Source: Deltaproteobacteria bacterium (GTDB lineage Bacteria > Myxococcota_A > UBA796 > GCA-2862545). From it: 40,000 nucleotides of DNA. Below, in pieces: positions 22,553 through 33,400 of this stretch; within the stretch, counting starts at the first letter, position 1, and the number at the start of each line of letters is the position of its first letter. Made by a program: the position numbers and the translations under genes. The notes under the pieces were generated by a model. That model was not told where the DNA came from. It saw nothing but the letters and a program-made list of their open reading frames with translations, and made no database searches. The stretch spans positions 70,832-110,831 of the forward strand of contig SBGP01000043.1 in the NCBI GenBank assembly GCA_006226595.1, read 5' to 3'.

Positions 22553-23529
22553 TCCTGGTCCCCTTGAATACGTCGGAACAGCCGGCCGAACTTCTTCTGC
22601 TCGTACGCAAAGCCGGCGTCGCGAAACTGCCGAAGAGCCGCGCTCGCGGACGTCGGTGGCGTTTCGCTCGCCAGGGCCTCTCGCACCCAGTTCTCCACCT
22701 GCCACTCATGCTGCCGGAGCCGCTTCGGGTAGGTGGTCGCGGGTGCTTCCTCCAAGACGTCGGCCATGACCTGTCGGCAGCGGCCCGGCGTGAGGTCCGC
22801 CGGCGTCGCGGCCTGCTCCATCACGCGAGCTAGAGCCCGAACGGTCAGCTGTCCGGTTGGACCGCCAAGCACGCTTCGCATCCTTCCCTCGAGTGGGACG
22901 GCGGACGTGCCGAGGGCATCGATGGCTTCGGTGTCGGTGGTGAACACCGAAAGTGCTCTGGCTCCCAACTGCGCTTGCAGGACCTGCAGATCCGGCAAGA
23001 CGACGCGGAGGTACTCGCCAGGGAGGGCGACGACGATTCGGTCGTCGTCTTCTGCCAATCCGCGGAGTGCATCGCGTCCGCCGATCATCTTCCACCAGGC
23101 GAGCCGTCCCGAGTGACCGCCGGGCCCGTCCCCCCCGGGGACGGTGTCCGAGTGTCCCGGGTTGAAGGTCGCGGCATAGGCGGGCACGGCATCCGTGAAC
23201 TCCCGCAGCCCTACACCCGCGCTTGCGACCCAAGCGCGGACCGGCAGATGCGTGTCGTGAACCATCTGGCGCGCGACGGACCAGTATCCGCCCTTGTACA
23301 GGCGGCTGATCTTCACGCGGTCGTCCGCCGCGTTGAGTTCATCGAGCCAGGAGAGCGCGGCGATGTGTGGCAGCAAGTGCTTGTGCTGACGAACCCGTAG
23401 TTGCTTCTTGGGTACGAGCGTCTTGGACGCCGTGCACGCGAGCACGCAATGGACCACTGATTCCCCCCGGGGCCTGCTTGTACAACGGGTCGAGCTCGCA
23501 CGCAAGAAAGTGCAGCACATCATGCTCAT
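22549..23529 (-). CDS. first gene of the modification operon; DpdC-position protein of unknown fold (326 aa; likely 302 aa from GTG 23457)
   Basis: Complete track ORF. The first 24 aa ('MSMMCCTFLRASSTRCTSRPRGES') look non-native, and GTG 23457 follows 'GGGGGGAA'. The core begins 'VVHCVLACTASKT'. Assignment to DpdC rests on operon position only. Confidence 0.55.
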   Translation of the reverse strand: MSMMCCTFLRASSTRCTSRPRGESVVHCVLACTASKTLVPKKQLRVRQHKHLLPHIAALSWLDELNAADDRVKISRLYKGGYWSVARQMVHDTHLPVRAWVASAGVGLREFTDAVPAYAATFNPGHSDTVPGGDGPGGHSGRLAWWKMIGGRDALRGLAEDDDRIVVALPGEYLRVVLPDLQVLQAQLGARALSVFTTDTEAIDALGTSAVPLEGRMRSVLGGPTGQLTVRALARVMEQAATPADLTPGRCRQVMADVLEEAPATTYPKRLRQHEWQVENWVREALASETPPTSASAALRQFRDAGFAYEQKKFGRLFRRIQGDQE

Positions 23530-23719
23530 GTGGGTCTGCAGTTATGTGTTCACGCGTCTCCGTAAATCGCTGAGCCCGCAATCCGCAGTGGTCCGCAGTT
23601 GAAAGGCCGCCGGAGGTCTATGTAGAACTCCCCCCAGGGTTGAGGGGACGAGATGGCTGTGCTCGCGCGCCGACATCGCTTCTGGTGGGTTCCGTTCCGC
23701 CGGCTGAGCAGGTGTTCTA
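23530..23719. promoter_or_regulatory. Divergent control region between the modification (-) and helicase/ATPase (+) operons, with tandem TCCGCAGT repeats
   Basis: This 190-bp gap looks like one of the more AT-rich stretches of the island by eye. 'aTCCGCAGTggTCCGCAGTtg' lies at 23581-23600, with a third partial copy 'TCTGCAGTT' at 23535-23543. A candidate -35 'TTGAAA' at 23599-23604 follows immediately. A candidate minus-strand 'TTTACG-16-TAACTG' lies near 23540-23567. Confidence 0.4.
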
Positions 23720-26700
23720 TTGGCACCTAAGTTCGTGATTGGCCGGAAGGGCGGGTGGGGTCCTGGGAGATTGCTGTCACGGGATGGTCCGAACATCACC
23801 GTCGAACACTTCGTGAAGCCCGCCTCCTCTGGTCAGGTCAGGAAGGTCGTCCGGAGAGTGTCTGACGCCGTCCAGTGGACGCCAACGGTTCGCACTCGCC
23901 TGTACTTCGAGGACAAAGCCGGCCGTTGGCACGTTGGCTTGTTCCGCTGGGTGGACGACTTCACTGGCGACTACGTGTTGCAGGTTCCTGGCCAGGAGTT
24001 CATCCAGGTGGATCCACGCCGCATTCACGTACGGTGGAGGGGGGCCAGGGCAAATCCGCGTACAAACCTTGGTAACCACTTCTTGGAGTCGCCCCTCTAC
24101 CACAATGCCCGCCGGCGTCTGGTTCGTGCTTTGGGCGAGCAGAGGGCACGGGCTGGCGGCATGACCGGGCTGTTGTCCGCCTCTGTCGAGTTGTACCCCC
24201 ACCAAGTCGAAGTGGTCCGCCGTGTGCTGCAGGACCCCGTGCTTCGCTACCTCCTCGCCGATGAGGTTGGTCTGGGCAAGACCATCGAGGCCGGGGCCAT
24301 CATTCGCCAATACCACTTGGACCGGAGCCGAACGATCAGTCGCTCACACACCATCGCCATCGTCGTCCCTCCAGCGCTAACGCACCAATGGCGACACGAG
24401 TTGGCGACCCGCTTTCAACTCGACCCGCGCGTGACTCCTGGTCTACGACTCCTGGATTTCGAGGATGTCGAGAACGGAGAGCTGCCTGATAGCGTAGGTC
24501 TTTTGGTAGTCGATGAGGCCCACCATGTCGCTCGGCCGAAACCTCGTGCTGGGAGCGCTTCGGCCCTGATCCAGGAGGCGGCGCTCAGCGCGCCGTCGTT
24601 GCTGCTCCTCTCCGCCACCCCGGCCCTGCACAACGAGGCCGCATTCCTGACCATGCTGCACATGCTGGATCCCACGATGTACGACGTCTCGGATGTAGAA
24701 GGGTTCCAGGAGCGACTTCGATCTCGCACCGAACTCGCAGAGGCGTTCTCGGACTTCCACGAGGGGGCTGACCCCGATGAGCTGGAGGAGGTCTCGGCGC
24801 TGTTTCGGGAGATGTTTCCGGCAGATACCCGTCTCGCGAACCTGCTCGACCAGGTAGACGACGCCGTCGAGGGGGCTATCGACGTGAACGAGGCTGCTCG
24901 CGGGGCCGTGCGGGCCGCGCGAGTCCACATTGGAGAGACGTACCGGCTCCATCGACGTGTCTTGCGGAATCGGCGCGGCGGTGCGAGCGTGGAGTACCCC
25001 GTACGCGGCCGAAGTGGCCTGACCGTCGTCAGGTATGTTTCTTCGGCGGAAATTGAACTCGACTCCATCCTCGAAAACTGGCGGCTCGACGCGCTCGTCA
25101 GGTGTGCCTCTGGGGACCGCCGCGTGTACGCGGACGCCTACCTGCGGTTGCTGCAGGCGCGGCTTGAGGGTGACAGCGCGCTCGCCGAGGCGGCCTCCGA
25201 GGTCTCTGGGGGCCTTCCGTCGATGGCTCACCTGTCGGCGGAACTGAGGGAACAGGCCCTGGAACTCTCGGCCTCTCGGGACCGCGTTCTCGCGTTTCTC
25301 GACTGGCTGCGTGAACGCGAACACGGACCCTGCCGAATCGTTGTGTTCGCTGACGAGACGCCTGGTCTTGCCGAGGACTTTCATGGGAAGACCGGCTTTA
25401 GTCTGTTCAGACTCCACGGTCGGATGAGTCGTGTCGCCATTCGGGATGTCATCCAGTCCTTCGAGGCCACGGAACGCTCGGTCCTTCTGTGCGACGAGGC
25501 GGGGGAGGAGGGCGTAAACCTCCAGTTTGCCGATCATCTCGTCCACTGGAACTTGCCCGCCTCACCCAATCGCATCGAGCAGCGGATGGGCCGACTTGAC
25601 CGCCACAACGATCGCGACCGGCCCGCGGTGCCCGTGACGGCGTTTCTGCCGAGTGACGCGGATGCATCTCTGCCGGGCGCCTGGCTGGAGTGGCTCGACG
25701 GTGCCCTCTGCGTGTTCGACCGGTCTGCCTCGTCGCTGCAGTTCTTCCTCGATGGATTGATGCCGGATGTCTGCAACCAGTTCTTCGATGACGGTCCGGA
25801 CGGCGTACGAGTGCGTCTGAAGGGGGATAGGCAGAGCATCGACCTCGAACGGCGGACAATCGCCCGTCACCAGAATCTGGACGCGATCGAGGCCTCGATG
25901 TCCCCCGCTCAACAGATTCTGGACAGGGTTCGCGAGGCGGAAGTGGAATGGCGACAACTTCAGGAGGACGTCGAGGAGTGGGTGGTGCGGACCCTGCAGG
26001 CAAGGAGGGAGACTGATGGCCGACGCGCTGGGTCTCCCGTGAGATACCAGTTTCCTCGGGAGAGCCATGTTCCGAAAACTGACCTGGGCACCTACTTTTC
26101 GGGTTGCCTGTCCGTAGAGGATGAGCATCTGCGGACCACTCCCGTGACGGCGTGGATGACCTTCGACCGCGGCTGTGCGGTCGCCTCCGGGACGACGATT
26201 GCCAGGCCTGGATCCGACTTCCTGGAGAGTCTGACGGCCTACCTCGACTGGGATGATCGGGGCACGGCCTACGCGATGCTTCGCTTCCGGCCCGGCGTCG
26301 AGAAGTTGGAGCCCCCCCCCGTCGTATTCCGATTTGACTTCGTCGTGAGCGGACAAGCACGCACGGCTGCCGACGTGGTGGAGTACCGGCTGGCGAGAAA
26401 GGCGGTGGAGCGCCGCATGGACGAGCTGTTCCCGCCGCTCGTGCATACGGTGTGGATTGATCAGGGGGGACGTGTCGTCGCGGACGAACGCCTGCTCGCC
26501 GTTTTGAGAGAGGAGTTTAGGAAGCGGCGAAGAGTCGATACCGTGGGGTGGGACTTCGACCTCGGTAACCTCTGGAGCGTAGACGACCGAGAGCCCCGGG
26601 CGGCTGTACCTCGAAGGCACCAGAAACTGGTGAAGCCAGAGCGACGTCGACGTGTGAAGGAGATGGCTGCTGCGTGGGGCGCCCGAGGTCCGGTCTCCGA

Positions 26701-27007
26701 ATACTTTCTTTCCGATGACTGGGACGAGCTTTGTCTCGCCGTGCGCAACCAGGCGCAGGAGGCTCTCCGCGAACAACTTCGGCTCGCCGAGCGGTGCGAG
26801 ACGTTGGCAGGACGTGCGCAGGAGAGGGCGCGGACCAACCAGCAGCAACTCGAGATGCGTGCCGAGTTGGACGGCGCCGACCACATCCAGGCCGAAATCC
26901 GCACTCAAGCCGCGCTGTATGCTGCCTTGGTGGAGGGCGTTCGTAACCCCTCTGTTCGTCTCGATGCCGTCGGCGTCTTCTTCTTGACGGGGACGCCGCT
27001 GCCATGA
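23720..27007 (+). CDS. dpdE: SNF2/RapA-like helicase, 1095 aa (DpdE-type)
   Basis: TTG start. Motif I 'LLADEVGLGKTIEAG', II 'LLVVDEAHHV', III 'LLLLSATPALHN', C-terminal helicase lobe 'LLCDEAGEEGVNLQFADHLVHWNLPASPNRIEQRMGRLDRH'. It is the first gene of the operon divergent from dpdC/B/A. Confidence 0.8.
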   Translation: MAPKFVIGRKGGWGPGRLLSRDGPNITVEHFVKPASSGQVRKVVRRVSDAVQWTPTVRTRLYFEDKAGRWHVGLFRWVDDFTGDYVLQVPGQEFIQVDPRRIHVRWRGARANPRTNLGNHFLESPLYHNARRRLVRALGEQRARAGGMTGLLSASVELYPHQVEVVRRVLQDPVLRYLLADEVGLGKTIEAGAIIRQYHLDRSRTISRSHTIAIVVPPALTHQWRHELATRFQLDPRVTPGLRLLDFEDVENGELPDSVGLLVVDEAHHVARPKPRAGSASALIQEAALSAPSLLLLSATPALHNEAAFLTMLHMLDPTMYDVSDVEGFQERLRSRTELAEAFSDFHEGADPDELEEVSALFREMFPADTRLANLLDQVDDAVEGAIDVNEAARGAVRAARVHIGETYRLHRRVLRNRRGGASVEYPVRGRSGLTVVRYVSSAEIELDSILENWRLDALVRCASGDRRVYADAYLRLLQARLEGDSALAEAASEVSGGLPSMAHLSAELREQALELSASRDRVLAFLDWLREREHGPCRIVVFADETPGLAEDFHGKTGFSLFRLHGRMSRVAIRDVIQSFEATERSVLLCDEAGEEGVNLQFADHLVHWNLPASPNRIEQRMGRLDRHNDRDRPAVPVTAFLPSDADASLPGAWLEWLDGALCVFDRSASSLQFFLDGLMPDVCNQFFDDGPDGVRVRLKGDRQSIDLERRTIARHQNLDAIEASMSPAQQILDRVREAEVEWRQLQEDVEEWVVRTLQARRETDGRRAGSPVRYQFPRESHVPKTDLGTYFSGCLSVEDEHLRTTPVTAWMTFDRGCAVASGTTIARPGSDFLESLTAYLDWDDRGTAYAMLRFRPGVEKLEPPPVVFRFDFVVSGQARTAADVVEYRLARKAVERRMDELFPPLVHTVWIDQGGRVVADERLLAVLREEFRKRRRVDTVGWDFDLGNLWSVDDREPRAAVPRRHQKLVKPERRRRVKEMAAAWGARGPVSEYFLSDDWDELCLAVRNQAQEALREQLRLAERCETLAGRAQERARTNQQQLEMRAELDGADHIQAEIRTQAALYAALVEGVRNPSVRLDAVGVFFLTGTPLP

Positions 27008-29526
27008 GTCCACTGGGATACGACGACGTTCGGGCTGTACTCCGTGGCGATACGGATGCCATCCTGCCTCCGATTGATGGGCGGCCGCCGACCGCCAGCG
27101 AGCGCCTTATCCACGCAATCGAGTCACTCGGCTCTGCCGAGGAGAGCGTCGGGCCATTCGATTTGGCGCAGCTCGTGCGGCAGGTCCTCCTCAAGGAAGG
27201 GCATGAGCGAGGCGTGGACCTCTCGCTCACGGTGCCACTCGGGCCTCCGTGGCCGACTCCGGAGCAATGGCGTGCGGCGTCCTGCGTACCCGTCCACAGC
27301 ACGGCCTGGTGTGAGGTGCGAGCGAAGCCCTGGGCGCCTGACTGGCTGTCGGACGCCCCATTCCTCGACGCCGTCAGGGAAGTTCCTCGCCGAAACGAGA
27401 GCAGGAGTGTGCCCTCCGACCCCGCGTTGTCAGAACTGTTCGGGGAGCAGTACAGCCACTATCAGGGCGAGGGCCAGCGAGCGGTTGTGCACGCGGCCTT
27501 CTTCTGCGCCCCTGGCTCGACGCTTCTCGGAATGCTCCCCACGGGGACCGGGAAGAGTCTCGTGTTCCAACTCGCGAGCGCCGTCCACACCGAGCACGGG
27601 GGGACCGTCGTCGTGGTGGTGCCCACCACGTCGCTTGCCGTCGACCAGGAGCGCGCGCTGCGGGAGGTCACTCGGTCAATGCCTGGCACATGGCCGGACG
27701 ACTTTGCATACTTCCACGATCTGGAGCCGGAGAGGCGATCCGATCTTAGACGTCGCATCCGGTCCGGGACCCAGCGTGTGGTCTTTACGTCGCCGGAAAG
27801 CCTCGTGAACAGTCTACGGCCCGCCCTGTACGACGCTGCTGGCGCCGGTTTGCTCCCGTACTTCGTGGTGGACGAGGCTCACGTCGCGGCAGGATGGGGC
27901 ACTGAGTTTCGCCCCCAGTTCCAGGCAATGGCGGGCCTCCGCGCTGGACTTCTTGAGGCATGCCCGGCAGAGCAGAGGCTTCGAACACTTCTTCTCACGG
28001 CAACGTTGGGCAGCGATGGCTTCGACCTCTTGCGCGACCTGTTTCGCGGCGCGGGTCGGTTTGACGTGATCTCGGGTCTACACCTGCGTCCAGAACCGAC
28101 GTATTGGTTCCACCACTCACCCGATGACTCGCACCGGAGCCGGGTTGTCGAGGCTTGCCGTCACCTCCCACGGCCTTTCGTACTCTACACTTCGCTGAAG
28201 AACCCCGGTCACTCCTCGGGGAGCCTGTCGGCGCGGGAGTGGTATGGCATTCTCGGCGATGCCGGCATCCGTCGCGTCCGGGTCGTGGACGGCGACACCT
28301 CTCGGTCGGACCGCGAAGCCGTCATCGAAGCCTGGCGGTCTGGCGAGGTGGACGGCGTAATCGCGACGAGTTCATTCGGACTCGGCGTTGATTTGGCGAA
28401 TGTTCGCGCTGTACTCCACGCCTGTGTTCCTGAGACCGTCGATCGCTACTACCAAGAGGTTGGAAGGGGGGGCAGAGATGGGAAGGCGTCGGCGTCCCTG
28501 GTCGTGTGGAGGGATTCAGACGTTTCCGTCGCCGAGGGACTCAACCGGCAGAAAGTCATCGGCGCCAAGAAGGGGGCGAAGCACTGGCACCAGCTGTGGA
28601 CGGAACGCAGGAGCGTGGGTGAGGGCGCATGGGCTCTCAATCTTTCGACCGTAATGCCCTGGCTGCAGGAGGACAGTCCGGAAAACCGACAGTGGAACGT
28701 GCGCACGCTGACCCTGCTGGCTCGCGCCCGCATGATCCGCCTAGTCGACCGTCCGCCGGACCGCGAGGACCCCGTGGATGACGACGATCAGCGAGTTCCG
28801 ATACTCGTTGTCCAGACCGTGGCGGCCCCGTCCGACTTGGCTGACCCGGGGTTCTGGGCGCGCCCTGGCGGCGGGATTATACGCGCTAGGGAGCGGATCC
28901 ACGCTGCCACCAAGCAGAGCCTGGCGTGGATGATGGAGCTGCTCAACGGCAATGCTGAAGTCGGCTCGGTGCTCCAGGCGGCCTTCGAACTGCCGGGCCA
29001 GCCACCGCCAGTGCACGTGTGTGCTGGGTGTCCGCGATGCCGCAGCCAGGGCCACCCGGCCAGACAGTACACGCTGCCCGAACCCCATCCATTGCGAGAC
29101 CCCTGGCCGCGGTTGGACGACGCGCGCTTCGACGGTGGTCCCTCGTTGGTGTTCTACCAGCCTGGCAGCAGGCTCGAATCTAGGCGCCTGCGTTCAGTGA
29201 TTCAGGACCTTGTGACTCTGGGGTTCGCGGATCTCACGCTACCGGCGGACCTCTGGATGGACAGGGAGTTGCGTGGACTGTGGCGTCGTGCCCCAGCTCG
29301 TTTCGTGGTCCGGCGCACACACGTAGACCAGGACACGGTCGCTCTCCCGCGGGTGACCGTTTGGCCCAACGAGGTCGACCGTGACCTTCGGCAGCTCCTG
29401 CTTCCCGCGGTCGACCCTCATTTGGTGTTTCTTCCGGAGGACACGCCGGATCCAGCGAATCCACGTCGCCTACTGCGGGAGGTTCGTCAGCATCAAACGC
29501 TCATCGCCTTGAAGGAGTCGCTCTGA
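27004..29526 (+). CDS. dpdF: RecQ-like DEAH helicase, 840 aa (DpdF-type)
   Basis: ATGA overlap with the upstream stop. 'MLPTGTGKSLVFQL', 'FVVDEAHVAAGWGTEFRPQF', 'LLLTATL', 'VIATSSFGLGVDLANVRAVLH', 'YYQEVGRGGRDG'. A Cys cluster 'CAGCPRC' lies in the C-terminal part. Confidence 0.8.
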   Translation: MSPLGYDDVRAVLRGDTDAILPPIDGRPPTASERLIHAIESLGSAEESVGPFDLAQLVRQVLLKEGHERGVDLSLTVPLGPPWPTPEQWRAASCVPVHSTAWCEVRAKPWAPDWLSDAPFLDAVREVPRRNESRSVPSDPALSELFGEQYSHYQGEGQRAVVHAAFFCAPGSTLLGMLPTGTGKSLVFQLASAVHTEHGGTVVVVVPTTSLAVDQERALREVTRSMPGTWPDDFAYFHDLEPERRSDLRRRIRSGTQRVVFTSPESLVNSLRPALYDAAGAGLLPYFVVDEAHVAAGWGTEFRPQFQAMAGLRAGLLEACPAEQRLRTLLLTATLGSDGFDLLRDLFRGAGRFDVISGLHLRPEPTYWFHHSPDDSHRSRVVEACRHLPRPFVLYTSLKNPGHSSGSLSAREWYGILGDAGIRRVRVVDGDTSRSDREAVIEAWRSGEVDGVIATSSFGLGVDLANVRAVLHACVPETVDRYYQEVGRGGRDGKASASLVVWRDSDVSVAEGLNRQKVIGAKKGAKHWHQLWTERRSVGEGAWALNLSTVMPWLQEDSPENRQWNVRTLTLLARARMIRLVDRPPDREDPVDDDDQRVPILVVQTVAAPSDLADPGFWARPGGGIIRARERIHAATKQSLAWMMELLNGNAEVGSVLQAAFELPGQPPPVHVCAGCPRCRSQGHPARQYTLPEPHPLRDPWPRLDDARFDGGPSLVFYQPGSRLESRRLRSVIQDLVTLGFADLTLPADLWMDRELRGLWRRAPARFVVRRTHVDQDTVALPRVTVWPNEVDRDLRQLLLPAVDPHLVFLPEDTPDPANPRRLLREVRQHQTLIALKESL

Positions 29527-30437
29527 TGACCATGCTTAACTCCGCGAGTGACGGCCACCCTGTGGTGTGGCGCTCCATGGTCTGGACGCTTGCGTCGGCT
29601 GCAGACGGGACGATGCCCAGCAGTCAGCTTGAGGCATTGATGGCGCCCCGGACGGTTCAGCTTCGGGAAGAAGGCAAGTTCTTCCGCACGTCCCTGCTGA
29701 GGGCGTCAGAACTCGGTGTTCTCGAGGAACAGGGTGCCAGTGTGGGGCTCTCTTCTGGGTACGCGTCCCTACAGCCAGGTGACGTTCGGGCCTTCAGGAT
29801 CCGCATGCGTCGAGCGGTGCTCGAACCGCAGAATGCCGAGCCGCTGTTTGGTGAGGGAGACCAGGGTGGGGTTTCCGCCGATCTCGTGCGTGCCCTCGCA
29901 TGGTTCCTCGCGGTGGATGGGCTGCCTGGTGTCGGGCACAACGCTGTGGACAGGAGGTTGGGCGAAACCATGTTGGACGGCCAGCTTCACACGCCGCAGG
30001 GACAGGTCCGGTGGAATGCCTTCCGGGAGTGGGCGACCCTCCTCGGGTTCGTGTGGGAAGCCGGAAGTGGTCGTGTGAAGGCGGTGGTGGCCGACCCCAC
30101 GGTCGCCATTCACGATGAACTCGCGGACATCTTCGGCGATCAGACCGTAGTGAGCCAGGCGGAGTTTCGGGACTCCTTGGCGCGACGGCTCTCGGTCCTC
30201 GATGGTGGACGCTACCGCATCCAGATGGAAGCGTCGATGAAAGCCGATGCAGTGGAACGCCAGCACGTACGTCAGTTTTCCGCCTCAACCGCGAGAGCGC
30301 TCCGCCGCCTACGCGCGATCGGGGCTCTGCGATGGGACCGTCGCTCGGACATAGATCTCGCATTCTTTGGAGCTCCAGGAGCTTCAGGGTCCGAGAGTGC
30401 ATCCCACTTCATCCGTGGTGAGGCTCTCGATGCGTGA
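29526..30437 (+). CDS. hypothetical protein, 303 aa (DpdG position)
   Basis: Complete track ORF. The start shares 1 nt with the upstream stop (TGATG). No motif recognised. Confidence 0.6.
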   Translation: MTMLNSASDGHPVVWRSMVWTLASAADGTMPSSQLEALMAPRTVQLREEGKFFRTSLLRASELGVLEEQGASVGLSSGYASLQPGDVRAFRIRMRRAVLEPQNAEPLFGEGDQGGVSADLVRALAWFLAVDGLPGVGHNAVDRRLGETMLDGQLHTPQGQVRWNAFREWATLLGFVWEAGSGRVKAVVADPTVAIHDELADIFGDQTVVSQAEFRDSLARRLSVLDGGRYRIQMEASMKADAVERQHVRQFSASTARALRRLRAIGALRWDRRSDIDLAFFGAPGASGSESASHFIRGEALDA

Positions 30438-33400
30438 GTTGCAGCGCTATTGGCCCGAGCGCGTCCAGGGCACATCGATCATCAACGCGGATGCGGACGT
30501 GATCCAGGAGCCTTCTGTGGTCCTGGCTACGCATCAGGAGGTGACTCTTCTCAAGCAGTCCGTCGACCTGGTGGCGGGTGACGGAGCCCAGGGCGTGGAG
30601 GTCTCAGAGGAGGAGTTCCTGGACTACTTCCTCCAAGACTGTGACAACGCCAACATGCTCGCACCCATCACGGGTAGGTCGGGGTGTGGAAAGTCACACT
30701 TCATCGTCTGGCTCGAGGCTCGGCTTCTTCGGCGTGACGATGCGGACCGAAGGCACATCATACGGATCCCCAAGGGCGCCAGCTTTCGGTCGGTGATTCG
30801 GCGCATCTTGGCCGATCTGCGCGGTGACGCGTACACGGAGCTTCATGAGCGGGTCAAACGTGCGGGGAACTCGCTGACGACCAAGGCGGCGCGAGAATGG
30901 GTCGTTGCCGGTGTCAACATCGCCCTCGACAATATCCACGCGGACCTGACGGGAGCGCTCGAGCGCTACGCGGAGGTTCAGCGTACAGACGAAGTGAAAG
31001 CGCGGATTAGGGATCTTCAACAGCGACTCCGGCATGCGACGGGCCTGCAGGCATTGTTGTCCGACAATCTGTTCAAGCGAGATCACTTCTTCGCCGAAGG
31101 CCAGGCGATTGATCGCATCGCGGTGCGTATCGTGCACGGCAAGAAGCGCTCGGCGGATCCGATTGAGTTCCAAGTAGCGGCAGAGGATTTCGTCCTTCCT
31201 GAGGAGCTCGAGCGGCTGGTCAGCACGTCCGCCGGTGCGCCTGCGCAGGCGTATTATCAGTGGCTGATGGGCGAGACCCAGCGGAATCGCGACAAGCGCG
31301 CTCTTGCGGCCCAGGTGATGAATCAAGCACTCGACCTTGCCATTCCCCGGGTATTGCAGCTCGGCGACAACGAGCTCAATGAAGTCCTAAGGGCGATTCG
31401 AGAGCAGCTCGAGGAAGAGGGACGTGAGTTGGTGTTCCTCGCCGAGGATTTCTCTGTGCTGGCGGGTATCCAGGGGGCCCTGCTCGACGCCATGACCGTA
31501 CCGCGTGGCGGCGCCGGCAGACCTTTGTGCGTGATGCGCACGGCCTTGGCGGTGACCGACGGCTACATCAGTGAGCGGGACACCATTGCCACCCGGGCTC
31601 GATTTCAGTTTCGCATGCCCGAAAGGGTGGTCGACCAAGAGACGATTGTCGATTTCGTTGCGGAGTACTTGAACGCGGAGCGGCATGGGACAGTTGACCT
31701 GAACGCATGGTACCGCGAGCAGGCGGATGGACCATCGTCTCCCCTGCTGCCACCACTCGAGATAGTCGACTTGGATCGCGAGTACCTGGATGCCTTCGGC
31801 TATTCGACCCGGGGGATCCCGCTCTTCCCGCTCAGCCGAACGGCGATTCGAGAAATTCTGAGGGTGAAGCTGCGGACCGAGGGGGGCGGGCTCGTCTTTC
31901 ACCCGCGCACCATCGTGAACCATGTGCTCATCGAGGTGTTCAAGAACCACGCGCGAAGCTTTGCGCATGGTCAGTTTCCGCCGGCTGCGTTCGAGTTGTA
32001 CAAGGAAAGGCCACTCGACTCGATGGCGCCCTTGCTGACCTCCCAAGTAATGCGGCTGGCGCCTACTCACTCCGATGGTCAGCGCTGGCTCGTCCTTCTC
32101 CGGTTCTGGGGAGGGGCACCTATCGACATGACCGAGGCCCGTTCCCTGAATGCTCGGGTGTACGAAGCCTTCGGGCTCCCGGTGCTCCCGGGTACAGCGG
32201 TCAACCAGGTCGGACCGGGAACCTCAGCGGCAGAGGGGTCGGGCAGGCGTTCTGCCGAAGTTTTGATGCCGATATCAGGGCCTTCAGTGGATGCGCCAAC
32301 CCCCGGAACTGGCTCAAGTCCAGGGGCGGGTCTGAGCCCGGGACCGAGTCCGAGTCCGAGTCCTGGGGCGGGTCACAGCCCGGGGCCGAGTCCGAGTCCT
32401 GGGGCGGGTCAGAGCCCGAGGCCGAGTCCGGGAGCGGCACCGCGTCCGGGCGCCGGTTCGACGCCCACCCCGGGAGCGGGGCCAGGGCAGGGGGGCACCC
32501 CCGCTGAACCCATTCAGCAGTGGGACAGGGTTCTCACGGAGTGGCGGAATGGGGCGATGTTGCCGACGGAACAAGCGAATTTACTTCGGACTTGGGTCCT
32601 CGGTCTCGTGCTGCGCCACGTGGATTGGGAGGCTGAGGGACTGCGGCAGCCGGTCGCCAGCCTGGGCGCGCAGAAGAAGGTGTGGCTTGGCGAGGCAGCT
32701 GCGGGAGGAATCGCCGAAGGGGCCTGCCATATCCGCGTAGGGGGGTTGGAGGTGGACACGGACGCCGACCGTCATGGCCTTCACCTCGCCCTGCAGGGGC
32801 TGGTTCGGTTCGAGTTGGGTGGATGGCGGTTCGATTTCGAGAACGCGGATGTCTTGTACGAGCACCTCATGGCTCGCCTAGCGACCTGGCATGCGCAGTT
32901 CGTCGAATGGTATCGGGCTAGCTGCCCCGACCTAGTTGTCGCAGAGGTCAAATTGCTTTCTGCTCTAGCGGTCATCGAGCGCGGTTCCATGATGACCCTT
33001 GAGGACGTTGGCGATCTGTTCGAACGTCACCGTTCGAACGCGGGGGGGCCTGTCGCGTGGCGCGACCTGCATCACGCTCTCGACTTCGAGCGCGCCAGTC
33101 GCATCGATCTACTGCTCGGATTGGTGGGGATTTTTCAGGGAGGGCATGTGGATGCGCGGCAGAACCAGCAACTGCTCGCTCTGGACGGGTGGCGCATCCT
33201 TTGTGCCATGGAGGGCCTGGAACCGTCAGTGTGTCCGGAGATTTCCGGGCTCTCCAAGAACAAGACGTACCAGAGAAACACCGAAGAGGCAGCCAGGGAG
33301 GTGGCCAAGCGTTGGACTCATGCGCTGGCCGCGCAGCGATCCTGGCTCCGCATGCAATCGGAGCGAGTGCTGACGTCCATTCCGGCGGATGCTGGCTCCC

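Noticed and set aside
17088-23719. preQ1/queuosine-type riboswitch in the leaders of the que/dpd operons
   Set aside because: The leaders are very short (85 and 190 bp, shared by divergent genes). I could not see the conserved preQ1-I/II/III core sequences. This should still be checked with Infernal.
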